A stretch of DNA of 64,000 bases, taken from NCBI GenBank assembly GCA_963704165.1, contig CAVPHD010000005.1, positions 128,001 through 192,000 of the forward strand, read 5' to 3'. Numbering within the stretch: the stretch's first letter is position 1; each line of letters opens with the position of its first letter. Below the pieces are notes generated by a model. The model was not told the DNA's origin. It saw nothing but the letters and a program-made list of their open reading frames with translations, and did no database searches. Source of the DNA: an uncultured delta proteobacterium (lineage in GTDB: Bacteria > Myxococcota_A > UBA9160 > SZUA-336). Shown piece by piece: positions 29,474 through 39,376 of the stretch. A program made the position numbers and the translations under genes.

Positions 29474-31906
29474 CTATCGGGTCGACTTCAGATGGACGTC
29501 GCGCTGGGGGAACGGGATCTCGATTCCCGCTTCGCGCAGCGCGGTGTTCACGCCGACGGCGATCTCGCTTCGCACGCGCGGGAAGATCTCGAAGCGGGTC
29601 CAGAAGCGAAGTGAGAAGTCGAGCGAGCTGTCGCCGAATCCCGTGAAGAGCGCGATCGGCTCGGGAATGTCGAGCACCTCCAGATGGGCGCGCCCCACCG
29701 CGACGAGCAGTTCGATCACTTGCTCGGGATCCGTGCCGTAGGCCACACCGACGGCCAGATCCACGCGCCGCTGGCGATCGGAAAAGGTCCAGTTCACCAC
29801 TCGTTCGGAGATCAGATTGGCGTTGGGCACGATCACGTCCGCACCGTCGATCGTTCGGACGGTGCTCGAGCGAATGCCGATTCGCTTCACGTCGCCGATC
29901 AGGTCCCCGATCTCGATCGTGTCACCGGTCTGAACCGGGCGCTCGAAGAGCAGGATCAGCCCCGACACGAAGTTGTTGACGACATTCTGCAGGCCGAACC
30001 CGATGCCCACGCCGAATGCGCCCGCGAGCAGGCCGAAGCGCGACAGGTCGATTCCGGCGGCGCCGATCGCCAGCGTGAATCCGATCAGCAGAATCACGTA
30101 GTGCACGCCGGTCGAGATCGCGGCCGGAACCCCGCGCGGGAGCGCGATGTGCGGGAGCACGTCCTCGTCGAGCACGAAGCGCAGGAACTTCGACAGCATG
30201 AAGGCCAGCCAGACCGTGACGAAGAACGCCAGCACGTCGCCGATCGAGACCGAGAGCGTTCCGATCTCGAGTTTCGCGAGGACGACACCTGCGAGCGCCG
30301 AGAGGATCTCGTCGTCGATGTCGAAGAACCGCAACGTGGCGAGGACCCACCCGAGAACCGCGGCCCAGTACACGAAGGCCACGATCCGCCGACGAACCAG
30401 TCCCCCGTGATCGCGCACCAGGCGCAGGCGCCGCAGCAGGGTGCTGCGCAGGACCGCCGTCACCGCGCCGCCGAGGATGCGCGCGAGTGCGTAGGCGGCG
30501 ACCGCCACATAGCTCGCGGAGAGCGTGCCGCGCACGAGCAGTCGGGAGGCCGAGATCATCCCCGCGGCGTTTGCGAGCATCGCGCCGACGAGCAGGGCGA
30601 GCGCGATCCGGCACGCCGGTAGGATCATCGGTCCAAAGCGGCCGACGTCCCCGAAGTGGCGTGTGTTGTCCGGGCGCAGCATCCACGCGAAGAGAGCCAC
30701 CCCGCCCAGCGTCTCGAGCAACAGCCGATACCGCTGCAAGATGGGCACGCCCTCGTCGAGCGACGGCAGACTGCCGAGCACGAAGAGCAGCGCGAGGCCG
30801 AAGACGCCGATGCGAAGGCCCCCGTAGAGCTCTCGCGGCAACAAGCGCAGGATCGGCACGAGAAGGACCAGCGCCTCTACGTCCGTGGCTACGGCCGGTG
30901 GCTTCGCCGCCGCGAACTGCGTGCCGAGCGTCGAGACGACGATCGCCGACGAGAACGGCCGGGTGAAGATGCGAGCGGCCGCCGTCAGCGTCGAGTCCTC
31001 GGCAGCCCAGAGCAGGACGCGTGACCGCGCGAGCAACAGGGCGATCAGGACGAGCCCGAAGACCCCGGCCTGCCAGACGTAGCGCGAGTATTCCAACGCC
31101 GCGTAGTCGGTGAACTCGCCGAGCCGATCACCAACGGAGGCGCGCAGTCGCTCGGCCACCGGTGGCGTGTCCGCCGATCTCACGTAGGCGTCTCCGCTCC
31201 ACAGGGGCGGCTGGTCGCGCGTGAACAGTCGCGACTGGAGCTGCTTCTGCCGGTCGGCGACCCGATCGAGCACTCCACTCACGACGAGCTCTTCCTGGGA
31301 AACCTCGTTCTGCAGCGCGAGAACGTCCAACCTTCGGCGTTGCAGCAGCTTCCGGGCGGCTTTGATCGCCTGCAGCGTCTCGGCGACCCGCTCCTTGGCG
31401 GACCCGGGAAGTCCCGCCGCGCCAGCCGAGCTCCGCGTGATCTCCCAGATCTCTCGCGAGAGGTCGAGCTTCTCGATCTCGGTCTCGATCGCGATCGCAC
31501 GTCGGGTCAAGGCCTGGCGCCACACTCCGAGTCGTTCCGAGCGGGCGCCCCACGCGCTCGAGAGATCCGAGAGCGTCTCGCGCGAGGCCACGCCGCCGAG
31601 TACGTCGTTGGCTCGCTCCTGCCGTTCGAGAAGCCTGGCCGCGAACTCGGGCAGCTTCGTGCCGATCTCGATCTCCGTCGCGTCCGGTGCCGCGACCAAC
31701 TCGATCTGCTTCAAGCCGGTCCGCAGCTTCTCCGAACGCTCGAAGATCTCGGGCGCGGGTACGGGTGCCGGGGGTTGGGGAGCTGCGGGCGTGTCCGGCA
31801 CGGTCGGCGCTTCCACGGCTGCGGGCGCTTCCTGCGCGAGAGCCCGTCCGGCCGTCAGCACGAACGCGGTGACGAGCAAGGCCGTTCGAAGCCGGGTCAG
31901 GTGCAT
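29474..31906 (-). CDS. MscS family mechanosensitive channel with large periplasmic helical N-terminal region
   Basis: Signal peptide, coiled-coil region, many TMs, GVGIGFGLQNVVNNFVSGLILLFERP, IPFPQRD. Confidence 0.92.
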   Translation of the reverse strand: MHLTRLRTALLVTAFVLTAGRALAQEAPAAVEAPTVPDTPAAPQPPAPVPAPEIFERSEKLRTGLKQIELVAAPDATEIEIGTKLPEFAARLLERQERANDVLGGVASRETLSDLSSAWGARSERLGVWRQALTRRAIAIETEIEKLDLSREIWEITRSSAGAAGLPGSAKERVAETLQAIKAARKLLQRRRLDVLALQNEVSQEELVVSGVLDRVADRQKQLQSRLFTRDQPPLWSGDAYVRSADTPPVAERLRASVGDRLGEFTDYAALEYSRYVWQAGVFGLVLIALLLARSRVLLWAAEDSTLTAAARIFTRPFSSAIVVSTLGTQFAAAKPPAVATDVEALVLLVPILRLLPRELYGGLRIGVFGLALLFVLGSLPSLDEGVPILQRYRLLLETLGGVALFAWMLRPDNTRHFGDVGRFGPMILPACRIALALLVGAMLANAAGMISASRLLVRGTLSASYVAVAAYALARILGGAVTAVLRSTLLRRLRLVRDHGGLVRRRIVAFVYWAAVLGWVLATLRFFDIDDEILSALAGVVLAKLEIGTLSVSIGDVLAFFVTVWLAFMLSKFLRFVLDEDVLPHIALPRGVPAAISTGVHYVILLIGFTLAIGAAGIDLSRFGLLAGAFGVGIGFGLQNVVNNFVSGLILLFERPVQTGDTIEIGDLIGDVKRIGIRSSTVRTIDGADVIVPNANLISERVVNWTFSDRQRRVDLAVGVAYGTDPEQVIELLVAVGRAHLEVLDIPEPIALFTGFGDSSLDFSLRFWTRFEIFPRVRSEIAVGVNTALREAGIEIPFPQRDVHLKSTR

Positions 31907-31916
31907 CGGAGCCAGT

Positions 31917-33197
31917 CTAGCGCGCGAAGTCGCGGGGCTCGCGCAGCCGGATCGCCACGAGCGCCGCGGCCGCGAGCTTGAAGGCGATCGCGCTGAAGAA
32001 CACCGAGGGGAAATCGAAGACGCTCGCGAGCACGCCGCCCGCGAGCGGAGCGATCACGCCCATCGCCTCCGTCGCGGAATTCGTGACGGCGATGCGCAGC
32101 GGCAGGTCCTCGCGCGCGCCGAACTCGAGTACCAGGTTCTGCTGTCCCATCATGAACCCGCCCGAGCCCGCGCCGAGCGCGACGAAGACGCCGATCAGCG
32201 CGCCGAAGCTGTCCGCGCCGAGCAGCACGAACGTGCCCGCAATCCAGATCGCGAGCGATCCGAGGAACACGATCCGGAAGCCGAGACGGTCCGCGATCGT
32301 GCCCCAGAACAGGTTCAGGGTCGTGGCCGCGAGCAAGAATGCCGCCGTGAGCAGACCGAGTTCGCGTCCGCCGATCGAGAGCGTCTGGTTGGCGTACAGG
32401 ACGTAGTAGGGCATGCCGATCCGCCCGAGCGCTCCGAGAACGCAGGCGAAGAGGAACACGCCGAAGTTCCGATCCGCGCGCAGGAGTCCCGGCAGGTCCG
32501 CGAGCCGCGACGCCACGTCGGTGCGTTCGCGCACGGCGGGTGCCTCGGGCTCGCGGATGAAGAGCAGCATCAAGAGTCCTGCCTCGGTCAGCACGAACGC
32601 GAGAAGGAACGTGGCCGCGTAGCCGTTGCCGAGCGCGTTCGTATCGACCAGCAAGGTCCCGCCGAGATACGCGACGCCGGCGGCGATCACGCCGGCGAGC
32701 GCGTTGCGCAGACCCGAAAGGCGGCCGCGGAACTCGACCGGGATCACCTTCGCGAGCAGCACGTTGAAGATCACGCCCTGCATGCCCATGAAGAACCCGA
32801 ACAGGCCGAGGAAGACGCAGACGACCGCCAGGTTCGACTCGACCGGCAGAAAGAACCCCGCAAGCGCGATCCCGAGCACCTGCAAGCGCAGCAGGGAACC
32901 CGTCCGCATACCCATCGGGAGCACTTTTCGTCGGTGCTCGATCAGCGTGGCGGAGAAGAGCGGTGAGAGACACTGGCCGAGCGCCTGCGCCGCACGCGCG
33001 AGGCCGACGACGAACTCCGATCCCGAGAGCGAGTAGATGTAGGCCGGCACGAACGTCGGGGCTTGAATCAGGCGAAATCCCGTCTGGCCGAAGATGCCGT
33101 GCCCCAGGTGCGCGGCGTAGTTCCGACGCAGGTTGCGGCGCACGGAATCGTCGAACTCGGCCTCGGCCTGCGCTTCGATCTCCTCCACCGCGGCCAC
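31917..33197 (-). CDS. MFS transporter
   Basis: About 12 hydrophobic segments; WGTIADRLGFR motif A; RGRLSGLR. Confidence 0.88.
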   Translation of the reverse strand: MAAVEEIEAQAEAEFDDSVRRNLRRNYAAHLGHGIFGQTGFRLIQAPTFVPAYIYSLSGSEFVVGLARAAQALGQCLSPLFSATLIEHRRKVLPMGMRTGSLLRLQVLGIALAGFFLPVESNLAVVCVFLGLFGFFMGMQGVIFNVLLAKVIPVEFRGRLSGLRNALAGVIAAGVAYLGGTLLVDTNALGNGYAATFLLAFVLTEAGLLMLLFIREPEAPAVRERTDVASRLADLPGLLRADRNFGVFLFACVLGALGRIGMPYYVLYANQTLSIGGRELGLLTAAFLLAATTLNLFWGTIADRLGFRIVFLGSLAIWIAGTFVLLGADSFGALIGVFVALGAGSGGFMMGQQNLVLEFGAREDLPLRIAVTNSATEAMGVIAPLAGGVLASVFDFPSVFFSAIAFKLAAAALVAIRLREPRDFAR

Positions 33198-34199
33198 CTA
33201 TGTGCCCAGCAACGCCGCGCCGAGCTCGAGCGCGCGTTCCGCGCGAGCCGTCGTGCCGAGGACCGGAAGACGTGCTGCACCGATCGCGCGGCGCAGGATC
33301 TCCACGCCGGCGAAGCCGCGCGCGCGGGCGCCGAGCTCGCGATCCGCTCCGGACTTGCGCGCGTAGCCGGCGAGCAGAGCCGCCTCGCACGAAGCGAGCG
33401 GAGTCGAGTCGCGTGCGTGTGCGCGGTGCAGGTGGATGTGAGCGAAGGCCTGGCCCAGATCGAAAGCCGGGTCACCGACGTGCGAGATCTCGGCATCGAT
33501 CAAGCGCGGACGCGACGCCGACACGAGCACGTTCCCCGCCTGTACGTCCCCGTGAACGAGTGCCTCTCCCTTTCCGTAGTAGCACTCGCGCAGGTCCGCG
33601 ATTCGCGTTCGCAGGCCGGGGCGAGCGAGCACGTCGTCGGCCAGCGCGCGGAGCCGGGGCTCGATCGGGAAGTCGTTGCGTTCGTAGGGCAGGGTGAAGA
33701 TGTGCTCGCCGTGGAGAGCGCGCATCTCGTCGTTGGCGAATCGCGATCGGAGTGACTCCGCGTCCGCGCGCGTCGCGGCGTGGATGTCCGCGAGGAACGC
33801 GCCAAGCCGCTCGAGCGTCGCGGGCACGGCCCGCCCCTCGGAGAGCAGCGTGTCGAGGCGCGGCGCGTCGCCGAGATCCTCCATCACGAGCACACGCTCG
33901 ACCTCGTCGAAGAGAATCTGTTTCGGGGGGATGTCCGCGTGAGCGGGGACTCTCTCTCGCACGATCTCGAAGTAGCGCGCCTCGAAGACCATGCGCACGG
34001 TATCGACCCGGTACTCGGGGAAGCGTTCGAGTGAAGCCCGCGCCTGCTTCACGACGAACGATCGACCGTCGGAAGTGCGAACGCGCCGGACCCAGTTGAC
34101 GTTCCCGTCGCCCGCGGGCGAGACGACGACCCCGCGCGTGTCTTCGAGCACCCCGACGCGCGCCAGATACCCGGGCAGCGTCGAGTCGGTCAGAGACAG
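33198..34199 (-). CDS. Methylthioribose kinase-like (APH/choline kinase fold) phosphotransferase
   Basis: GDGNVNWV, FVVKQA, LVMEDL, HGD, IDAE (DxE), GDPAFDLG. Start uncertain (CTG at 34199 or 34193). Confidence 0.8.
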   Translation of the reverse strand: MSLTDSTLPGYLARVGVLEDTRGVVVSPAGDGNVNWVRRVRTSDGRSFVVKQARASLERFPEYRVDTVRMVFEARYFEIVRERVPAHADIPPKQILFDEVERVLVMEDLGDAPRLDTLLSEGRAVPATLERLGAFLADIHAATRADAESLRSRFANDEMRALHGEHIFTLPYERNDFPIEPRLRALADDVLARPGLRTRIADLRECYYGKGEALVHGDVQAGNVLVSASRPRLIDAEISHVGDPAFDLGQAFAHIHLHRAHARDSTPLASCEAALLAGYARKSGADRELGARARGFAGVEILRRAIGAARLPVLGTTARAERALELGAALLGT

Positions 34200-34966
34200 G
34201 TGGATGAGCCCCCATCGACGGGGACGATCGTCCCGGTCACGTACGCGGAGGCGCGTGACGCGAGGTAGATCGCGGTTCCCGCCACGTCCTCCGGCTCGCC
34301 GATGCGCCCGCGTGGATTCTGCTTGCGGATCATCTCGCCAAACCGCTCCAGCGTCGCCTTCATCATCTGGCTCTCGAAGGGGCCGGGCGCGATCGCATTC
34401 ACGTTCACGTTCTCGCTCGCGAGCCGTCGCGCGAGGACGCGCGTCAGGTGGTGCAGTCCGGCCTTGGCGGCGGAGTACGCGTAGGTGTCGAGGATCGGCA
34501 CGTGCAGTCCGTCGATCGAGCCGATGTTGATCACGCGCGCGGGGTCCGCTGCCGTCCCGGCCTTGCGCAGGAGCGGCAGCAGGTCGCGCGTCAGGAAGAA
34601 GACCGACTTCAGGTTCAGATCCATGACCTTGTCCCAGCCCGACTCCGGGAACTCGTCGAGCGGCGCACCCCAGTTCGCGCCGGCGTTGTTCACCAGGATG
34701 TGCAGCTCGGACTCGCGTGACGAGAGCTCCGAAACGAGCTTTGCGATTCCTTCGGGATTTCCGAGGTCCGCGGGGATCGCAATGCACGTTCCGGCTTTCG
34801 AGAGCTCGGCTTCGGCCTTCGCGCAGGCTTCGGCCTTTCGCGAGCAGATGTACGTGCGCACGCCGTTCTCGACGAAGCCCCGCGCGATCATCTCCCCGAT
34901 GCCGCGCGTCCCGCCCGTGACCAGCGCGACTTTCCCCTCGACCGAGAACAGCTCCGGCAGCTTCAT
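34190..34966 (-). CDS. Short-chain dehydrogenase/reductase
   Basis: TGGTRGIG, NNAG, YSAAK, IAPGPF, VDGG. Confidence 0.93.
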   Translation of the reverse strand: MKLPELFSVEGKVALVTGGTRGIGEMIARGFVENGVRTYICSRKAEACAKAEAELSKAGTCIAIPADLGNPEGIAKLVSELSSRESELHILVNNAGANWGAPLDEFPESGWDKVMDLNLKSVFFLTRDLLPLLRKAGTAADPARVINIGSIDGLHVPILDTYAYSAAKAGLHHLTRVLARRLASENVNVNAIAPGPFESQMMKATLERFGEMIRKQNPRGRIGEPEDVAGTAIYLASRASAYVTGTIVPVDGGSSTCL

Positions 34967-35025
34967 CGCGGCGCATCGTACCCGATGCAGCCTGTACAAT
35001 GCCGGCCCAACGTCGGGAGGAGCGC

Positions 35026-35805
35026 ATGGCGGACTTCTGCAAGGTCGAGCGAGACGGACGGATCTGGGTCGTGACGATCAACCGCCCGGAAGTGATGAAC
35101 TCGCTCCACCCGCCGGCGAATCGCGAGCTCGCGAAGATCTGGGACGAGTTCGAAGCCGACCCCGAGGCGTGGGTGGGCATCATCACGGGTGCGGGCGATC
35201 GCGCGTTCTCCGCCGGCAACGACCTGAAGTACCAGGCGACGGGCGGCGACATGCGCGGACAGCCCGCGAGCGGATTCGCGGGGCTGACCGCGCGTTTCGG
35301 CCTGACCAAGCCGCTGATCGCGGCGGTGAACGGCGTTGCGATGGGGGGCGGATTCGAGATCGCGCTCTCCTGCGATCTGATCATCGCGTCGGACAAGGCG
35401 CTCTTCGCGCTGCCCGAGCCGCGCGTCGGTCTCGCGGCTCTCGCCGGTGGACTGCAGCGGCTGCCGCGCATGATCCCGCTGAAGCAGGCGATGGGCATGA
35501 TCCTGACCGGTCGCCGCGTCGGCGCGCAGGAGGGCAAGGAGCTCGGCTTCGTCACCGACGTCGCGTCCCACGATGCCCTGATGAAATCCGCGCGCAGTTG
35601 GGCGGAGCAGATTCTCGAGTGCTCGCCGCTGTCGATCCGGGCCAGCAAGCAGACCGTGCTGCAGAGCCTCTCGATCCCGGACCTGGCGGACTCGATGCAG
35701 AACTCGCTCTACCCCGCGATCGCCGACATGGTGCGCAGCGAGGACTTCGTCGAGGGTCCGAGGGCCTTTGCCGAGAAGCGGAAGCCGAAGTGGAAGGGAC
35801 GCTAG
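35026..35805 (+). CDS. Enoyl-CoA hydratase/crotonase (CaiD-like)
   Basis: INRPEVMNSL, FSAGNDLK, AMGGGFE, LPEPRVG, AFAEKRKPKW; GGAGGA SD; TACAAT at 34995-35000. Confidence 0.92.
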   Translation: MADFCKVERDGRIWVVTINRPEVMNSLHPPANRELAKIWDEFEADPEAWVGIITGAGDRAFSAGNDLKYQATGGDMRGQPASGFAGLTARFGLTKPLIAAVNGVAMGGGFEIALSCDLIIASDKALFALPEPRVGLAALAGGLQRLPRMIPLKQAMGMILTGRRVGAQEGKELGFVTDVASHDALMKSARSWAEQILECSPLSIRASKQTVLQSLSIPDLADSMQNSLYPAIADMVRSEDFVEGPRAFAEKRKPKWKGR

Positions 35806-36419
35806 GCCCGCGCCGCAGAGCCAGCTCGGCTCCCCGCAACGACCGGCGACGAGCGCGCATCGTCGCGGCGCTGCGCGATTGCATGCTGGAGCGCGGATAC
35901 GCGGCGACGAGTCTGTCCGACATCGCGCGAAAAGCGGGAATGACGCCGAGCCATCTGCTCTACTACTTCCAGGGCAAGAGCGAGATCCTGAACGCGTACT
36001 GGGAAGCCACGGCCGCGATCGTGCTCGAGCGACTGCGCGAGATCGAGTCCGAGCCGATCGAGCGCCGCCTCGACCTCTTGGGCGACACGTTCTTCTCCGG
36101 CGTGGTGGCTACACACGCGGATGTCGGCGTCGTGCTCGAGTTCTTCGGCCTCGCCGTGCACGACAAGGACCTGTATCGCACGAAGGCGGATTTCGACCGC
36201 GAGATCAAGATCTGGCTCGCGAAGCTGCTCTCGCAGTGTCCGCGCCCGCTCGGCGCGCTGCTCGATGCCGCGGCCGAAGCGGCGTACTCGCTGCTGGTGG
36301 GCCTGTGCACGGCCGCCTACTTCGACGAGCGTCTCGGCTTTCCGGAAGCGCGCGCGATCTTCCTGATGTCGCTGCGCGGCGTCGCGGGTTTCGAAGAGCC
36401 GCCGGTGACCCAGCGCTGA
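35790..36419 (+). CDS. TetR/AcrR family transcriptional regulator
   Basis: RRARIVAA...GYAATSLSDIARKAGMTPSHLLYYF.GK; GTG start overlapping the upstream gene is inferred. Confidence 0.85.
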   Translation: MEGTLGPRRRASSAPRNDRRRARIVAALRDCMLERGYAATSLSDIARKAGMTPSHLLYYFQGKSEILNAYWEATAAIVLERLREIESEPIERRLDLLGDTFFSGVVATHADVGVVLEFFGLAVHDKDLYRTKADFDREIKIWLAKLLSQCPRPLGALLDAAAEAAYSLLVGLCTAAYFDERLGFPEARAIFLMSLRGVAGFEEPPVTQR

Positions 36420-36485
36420 AGCTCTCGCTCCCGCTTCACGAGCGGGGGGTGGCTCCACGCATGCGGAGCCCTATTCTCGGCCGCG

Positions 36486-39314
36486 GTGAGAGGGGTGGGG
36501 GAACTGGCGTTCTCGGCGGGGCCGACTGCGTGCGCAGTTGCGCGCGTAGGTCGTCTCTTCGCAAGCGGCGCCGCATCGCTCTTGCTCGGAATCGCGCCGG
36601 CGACGCTCGTGATCGCCAATACCGACCCGCCGCCGCGAATCGTGAAGTCGGCGGATTCGCGCGACATGCGCGTCGTGCGAGGCAACCTGCACGGCCTCGC
36701 CAAGCGTGCGCGCGACGAGGGTCGGGTCGAGCCGACGCTCGTGCTCGATCGCGTCGCGCTCGTGTTCAGGCCGTCGGAGAGCCAACAGCGCGACCTCGAC
36801 GCGCTCCTGGCCGAGCAGAGGGATCCGGCCTCGCCGGGTTTCGAGAAGTGGTTGACGCCGGACGAGTACGCCGCGCGTTTCGGCATGAGCGACGCCGATC
36901 TCTCCACGGCGACGGAGTGGCTCGAGTCACAGGATCTCACGGTGCAGAGGACCGCGCGGAGCCGGAACGAGATCTCGTTTCGCGGAACCGCCGCGCAGAT
37001 CGAGAACGCGTTTCGAACCGAGATCCATCGCTACCGCATCGGGAGCGAAGTCCACTTCGCCAACGCGACCGAGCCGTCGGTCCCGAGGTCGTTCGGCGAC
37101 TCGGTGCTCGCGATCCGCAATCTCAGCGACTTCCGTCCACAGCCGAGACTTCGACGCGCGGTCCGCGGACCTCGCTTCACGTCGGGGATCACGGGCAATC
37201 ATTTCCTGGCGCCCGACGACTTCGCCACGATCTACGGTGTACAAGCGCTCTACGATGCCGGCTTCGACGGCACGGGCCAGCGCATCGCCGTGGTCGGGCA
37301 GACGGCCCTCGGCGCCGGCAACAGCCCGGCCGACATCGAGGCGTTCCGGGCGGCCGCGGGGCTGCCCGCTGCCAACCTGCAACAGGTTCTCGTCCCCGGG
37401 ACGGGAAGCTCGACGGTTTGCAGCGACGATCTCGTCGAGGCGCATCTCGACGTCGAGTGGTCGGGCGCGATCGCGAAGAACGCGACGATCGTCTACGTGT
37501 ACACGGGCGTGCGATCCGGACGCAGCTGCGAGAACACGACCGCGAACGTCTGGGACGCACTGCACTACGCGATCACGAACAACCTCGCTCCGATCCTCAG
37601 CACGAGCTACGGCGCGTGCGAGGCCGCGAACGGAGCTGGGTTCGCGCGGACGGTTCGGAGCTGGGTGCAGCAGGCCAACGCGCAGGGTCAGACCGTCACC
37701 GCCGCATCCGGGGACCTCGGCGCCGCGGACTGCGAGCCGCGCGACTCGGTCCTCGCGACGTCCGGCCTCGCGGTCGACGTGCCCGCCAGCATTCCCGAGG
37801 TGACGAGCGTCGGCGGTACCGGGTTCTACGGCGACCTGCTCGATCCCAACGCGTACTGGAGCGACACGAACAACTCGCACGGTGGATCCGCCACGCAATA
37901 CATCCCGGAGGTCGCCTGGGACGACACCGAGCTCAGCATCGCGCTCGGCGGTGGATTCGCCGCGAGCGGTGGCGGCGCGAGTCGCTACTTCTCGAAGCCG
38001 AGCTGGCAGACCGGATTCGGTGTGCCCGCCGATGGACGTCGCGACGTGCCCGACGTCTCGCTCGCCGCCTCGGCGAACCACGACGGCTACCTGATCTGCT
38101 CGCAAGGGAGCTGCGTGAACGGCTTCCGGGACGCGAACCTGTTCCTGACCGTGATCGGAGGGACGTCCGCCTCGTCGCCGAGCCTCGCGGGGATTCTCGC
38201 GCTCATCGTTCACGGTACCGGAGCGACCGGGCTCGGGAACATCAATCCCACCTTGTACGCCTTGTCTCTGAGCACACCTTCGGTGTTTCACGACGTCACG
38301 GCCGGGAGCAACGTCGTTCCGTGTAGCCCGGGTACGCCGAACTGTCCGGCGCAGCCGCCTCGCGAATTCGGGTACAGCGCGGGCGCCGGGTACGATCAGG
38401 TGACGGGCCTCGGCTCGATCGACGCGTTCGCGCTCGCGGACAGCTTCGCCGCGAAGGTCGCGACTTCGACGACGCTCTCGTCTTCGAGCGTGGCGATCGC
38501 CCCCGGCGGGAGCGTCAGCTTCACCGCGACCGTCGCGAAGCTCTCGTCCGGCTTCGGTTCGCCCACGGGCGGTGTCGTGCAGTTCTCGATCGACGGGGTC
38601 GAAGCGGGAGATCCCGTGCCCGTCTCCGTGGTCGGTGGAGCCTACCGAGCGTCGTACACGACGGCACCGCTTGCGAGCGGCACGCGCAGCGCGACGGCGG
38701 CGTACCTCGGAAATCTCGTCCATCTCCCGTCGACCTCTTCCGCCGTGAACGTGAACGTCGCGGACTACTCGCTCACGCCGAGCCCCGCGAGCGTCACCCT
38801 CTCGCCGGGTGGAGTCGGAAGTTCCACCATCACCGTCGAGAGCGCCGACGGCTTCGCGGGCACGGTGACGCTCGGCTGCACGCCCCCGGCTTCGAGCGCT
38901 CGGGTCCGTTGCTCGATCCATCCGGCGTCCGTTGCACTGAGCGGCGGATCGCCGAGTCAGACCGCGATGCTCTCGATCACGACGACCACGACGACCACGG
39001 CGGGTACGGCCACCGCGAACCCCGCGGCGGGCCCGACCGGCGGCTCCGATCCCCGCCTCGCCGTCGGCATCGGATGCGCTCTCGTTGCGGCGCTTCTCGC
39101 CTCGCGTCCGCGGCGGCGCCGGCGTCTTTCGTGGGCGCACGCGCTGGCGCTCCTCGTGATCCTCGGCACGGGCGTCAGCTGTGGGGGCGGGGGTGGTGGC
39201 GGCGGCGGTGCCACTTCGAACTCGGGGACGCCGCTCGGTGACTACACGATCGCGGTCACCGGAACGAGCGGCGCCATCGCGCGCGTGACCAGCGTTTCGC
39301 TCGCAGTCCAGTGA
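36486..39314 (+). CDS. Sedolisin/kumamolisin (S53) serine protease with prodomain, Ig-like domains and C-terminal membrane segments
   Basis: Prodomain KWLTPDEYAARFG; EAHLDVE, AASGD, RDVPDVS, GGTSASSP, GYDQVTGLGS. Start uncertain. Confidence 0.92.
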   Translation: MRGVGELAFSAGPTACAVARVGRLFASGAASLLLGIAPATLVIANTDPPPRIVKSADSRDMRVVRGNLHGLAKRARDEGRVEPTLVLDRVALVFRPSESQQRDLDALLAEQRDPASPGFEKWLTPDEYAARFGMSDADLSTATEWLESQDLTVQRTARSRNEISFRGTAAQIENAFRTEIHRYRIGSEVHFANATEPSVPRSFGDSVLAIRNLSDFRPQPRLRRAVRGPRFTSGITGNHFLAPDDFATIYGVQALYDAGFDGTGQRIAVVGQTALGAGNSPADIEAFRAAAGLPAANLQQVLVPGTGSSTVCSDDLVEAHLDVEWSGAIAKNATIVYVYTGVRSGRSCENTTANVWDALHYAITNNLAPILSTSYGACEAANGAGFARTVRSWVQQANAQGQTVTAASGDLGAADCEPRDSVLATSGLAVDVPASIPEVTSVGGTGFYGDLLDPNAYWSDTNNSHGGSATQYIPEVAWDDTELSIALGGGFAASGGGASRYFSKPSWQTGFGVPADGRRDVPDVSLAASANHDGYLICSQGSCVNGFRDANLFLTVIGGTSASSPSLAGILALIVHGTGATGLGNINPTLYALSLSTPSVFHDVTAGSNVVPCSPGTPNCPAQPPREFGYSAGAGYDQVTGLGSIDAFALADSFAAKVATSTTLSSSSVAIAPGGSVSFTATVAKLSSGFGSPTGGVVQFSIDGVEAGDPVPVSVVGGAYRASYTTAPLASGTRSATAAYLGNLVHLPSTSSAVNVNVADYSLTPSPASVTLSPGGVGSSTITVESADGFAGTVTLGCTPPASSARVRCSIHPASVALSGGSPSQTAMLSITTTTTTTAGTATANPAAGPTGGSDPRLAVGIGCALVAALLASRPRRRRRLSWAHALALLVILGTGVSCGGGGGGGGGATSNSGTPLGDYTIAVTGTSGAIARVTSVSLAVQ

Positions 39315-39376
39315 CCGCTCGCGCTCGAGCGCCGGAGGCTAGCGCGAGCCGGCGAGGTTTCGTACCTGAGCAGCGG

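Noticed and set aside
36428..36448. Hairpin after the TetR gene as an intrinsic terminator
   Set aside because: The 8-bp GC stem has no U-tract.
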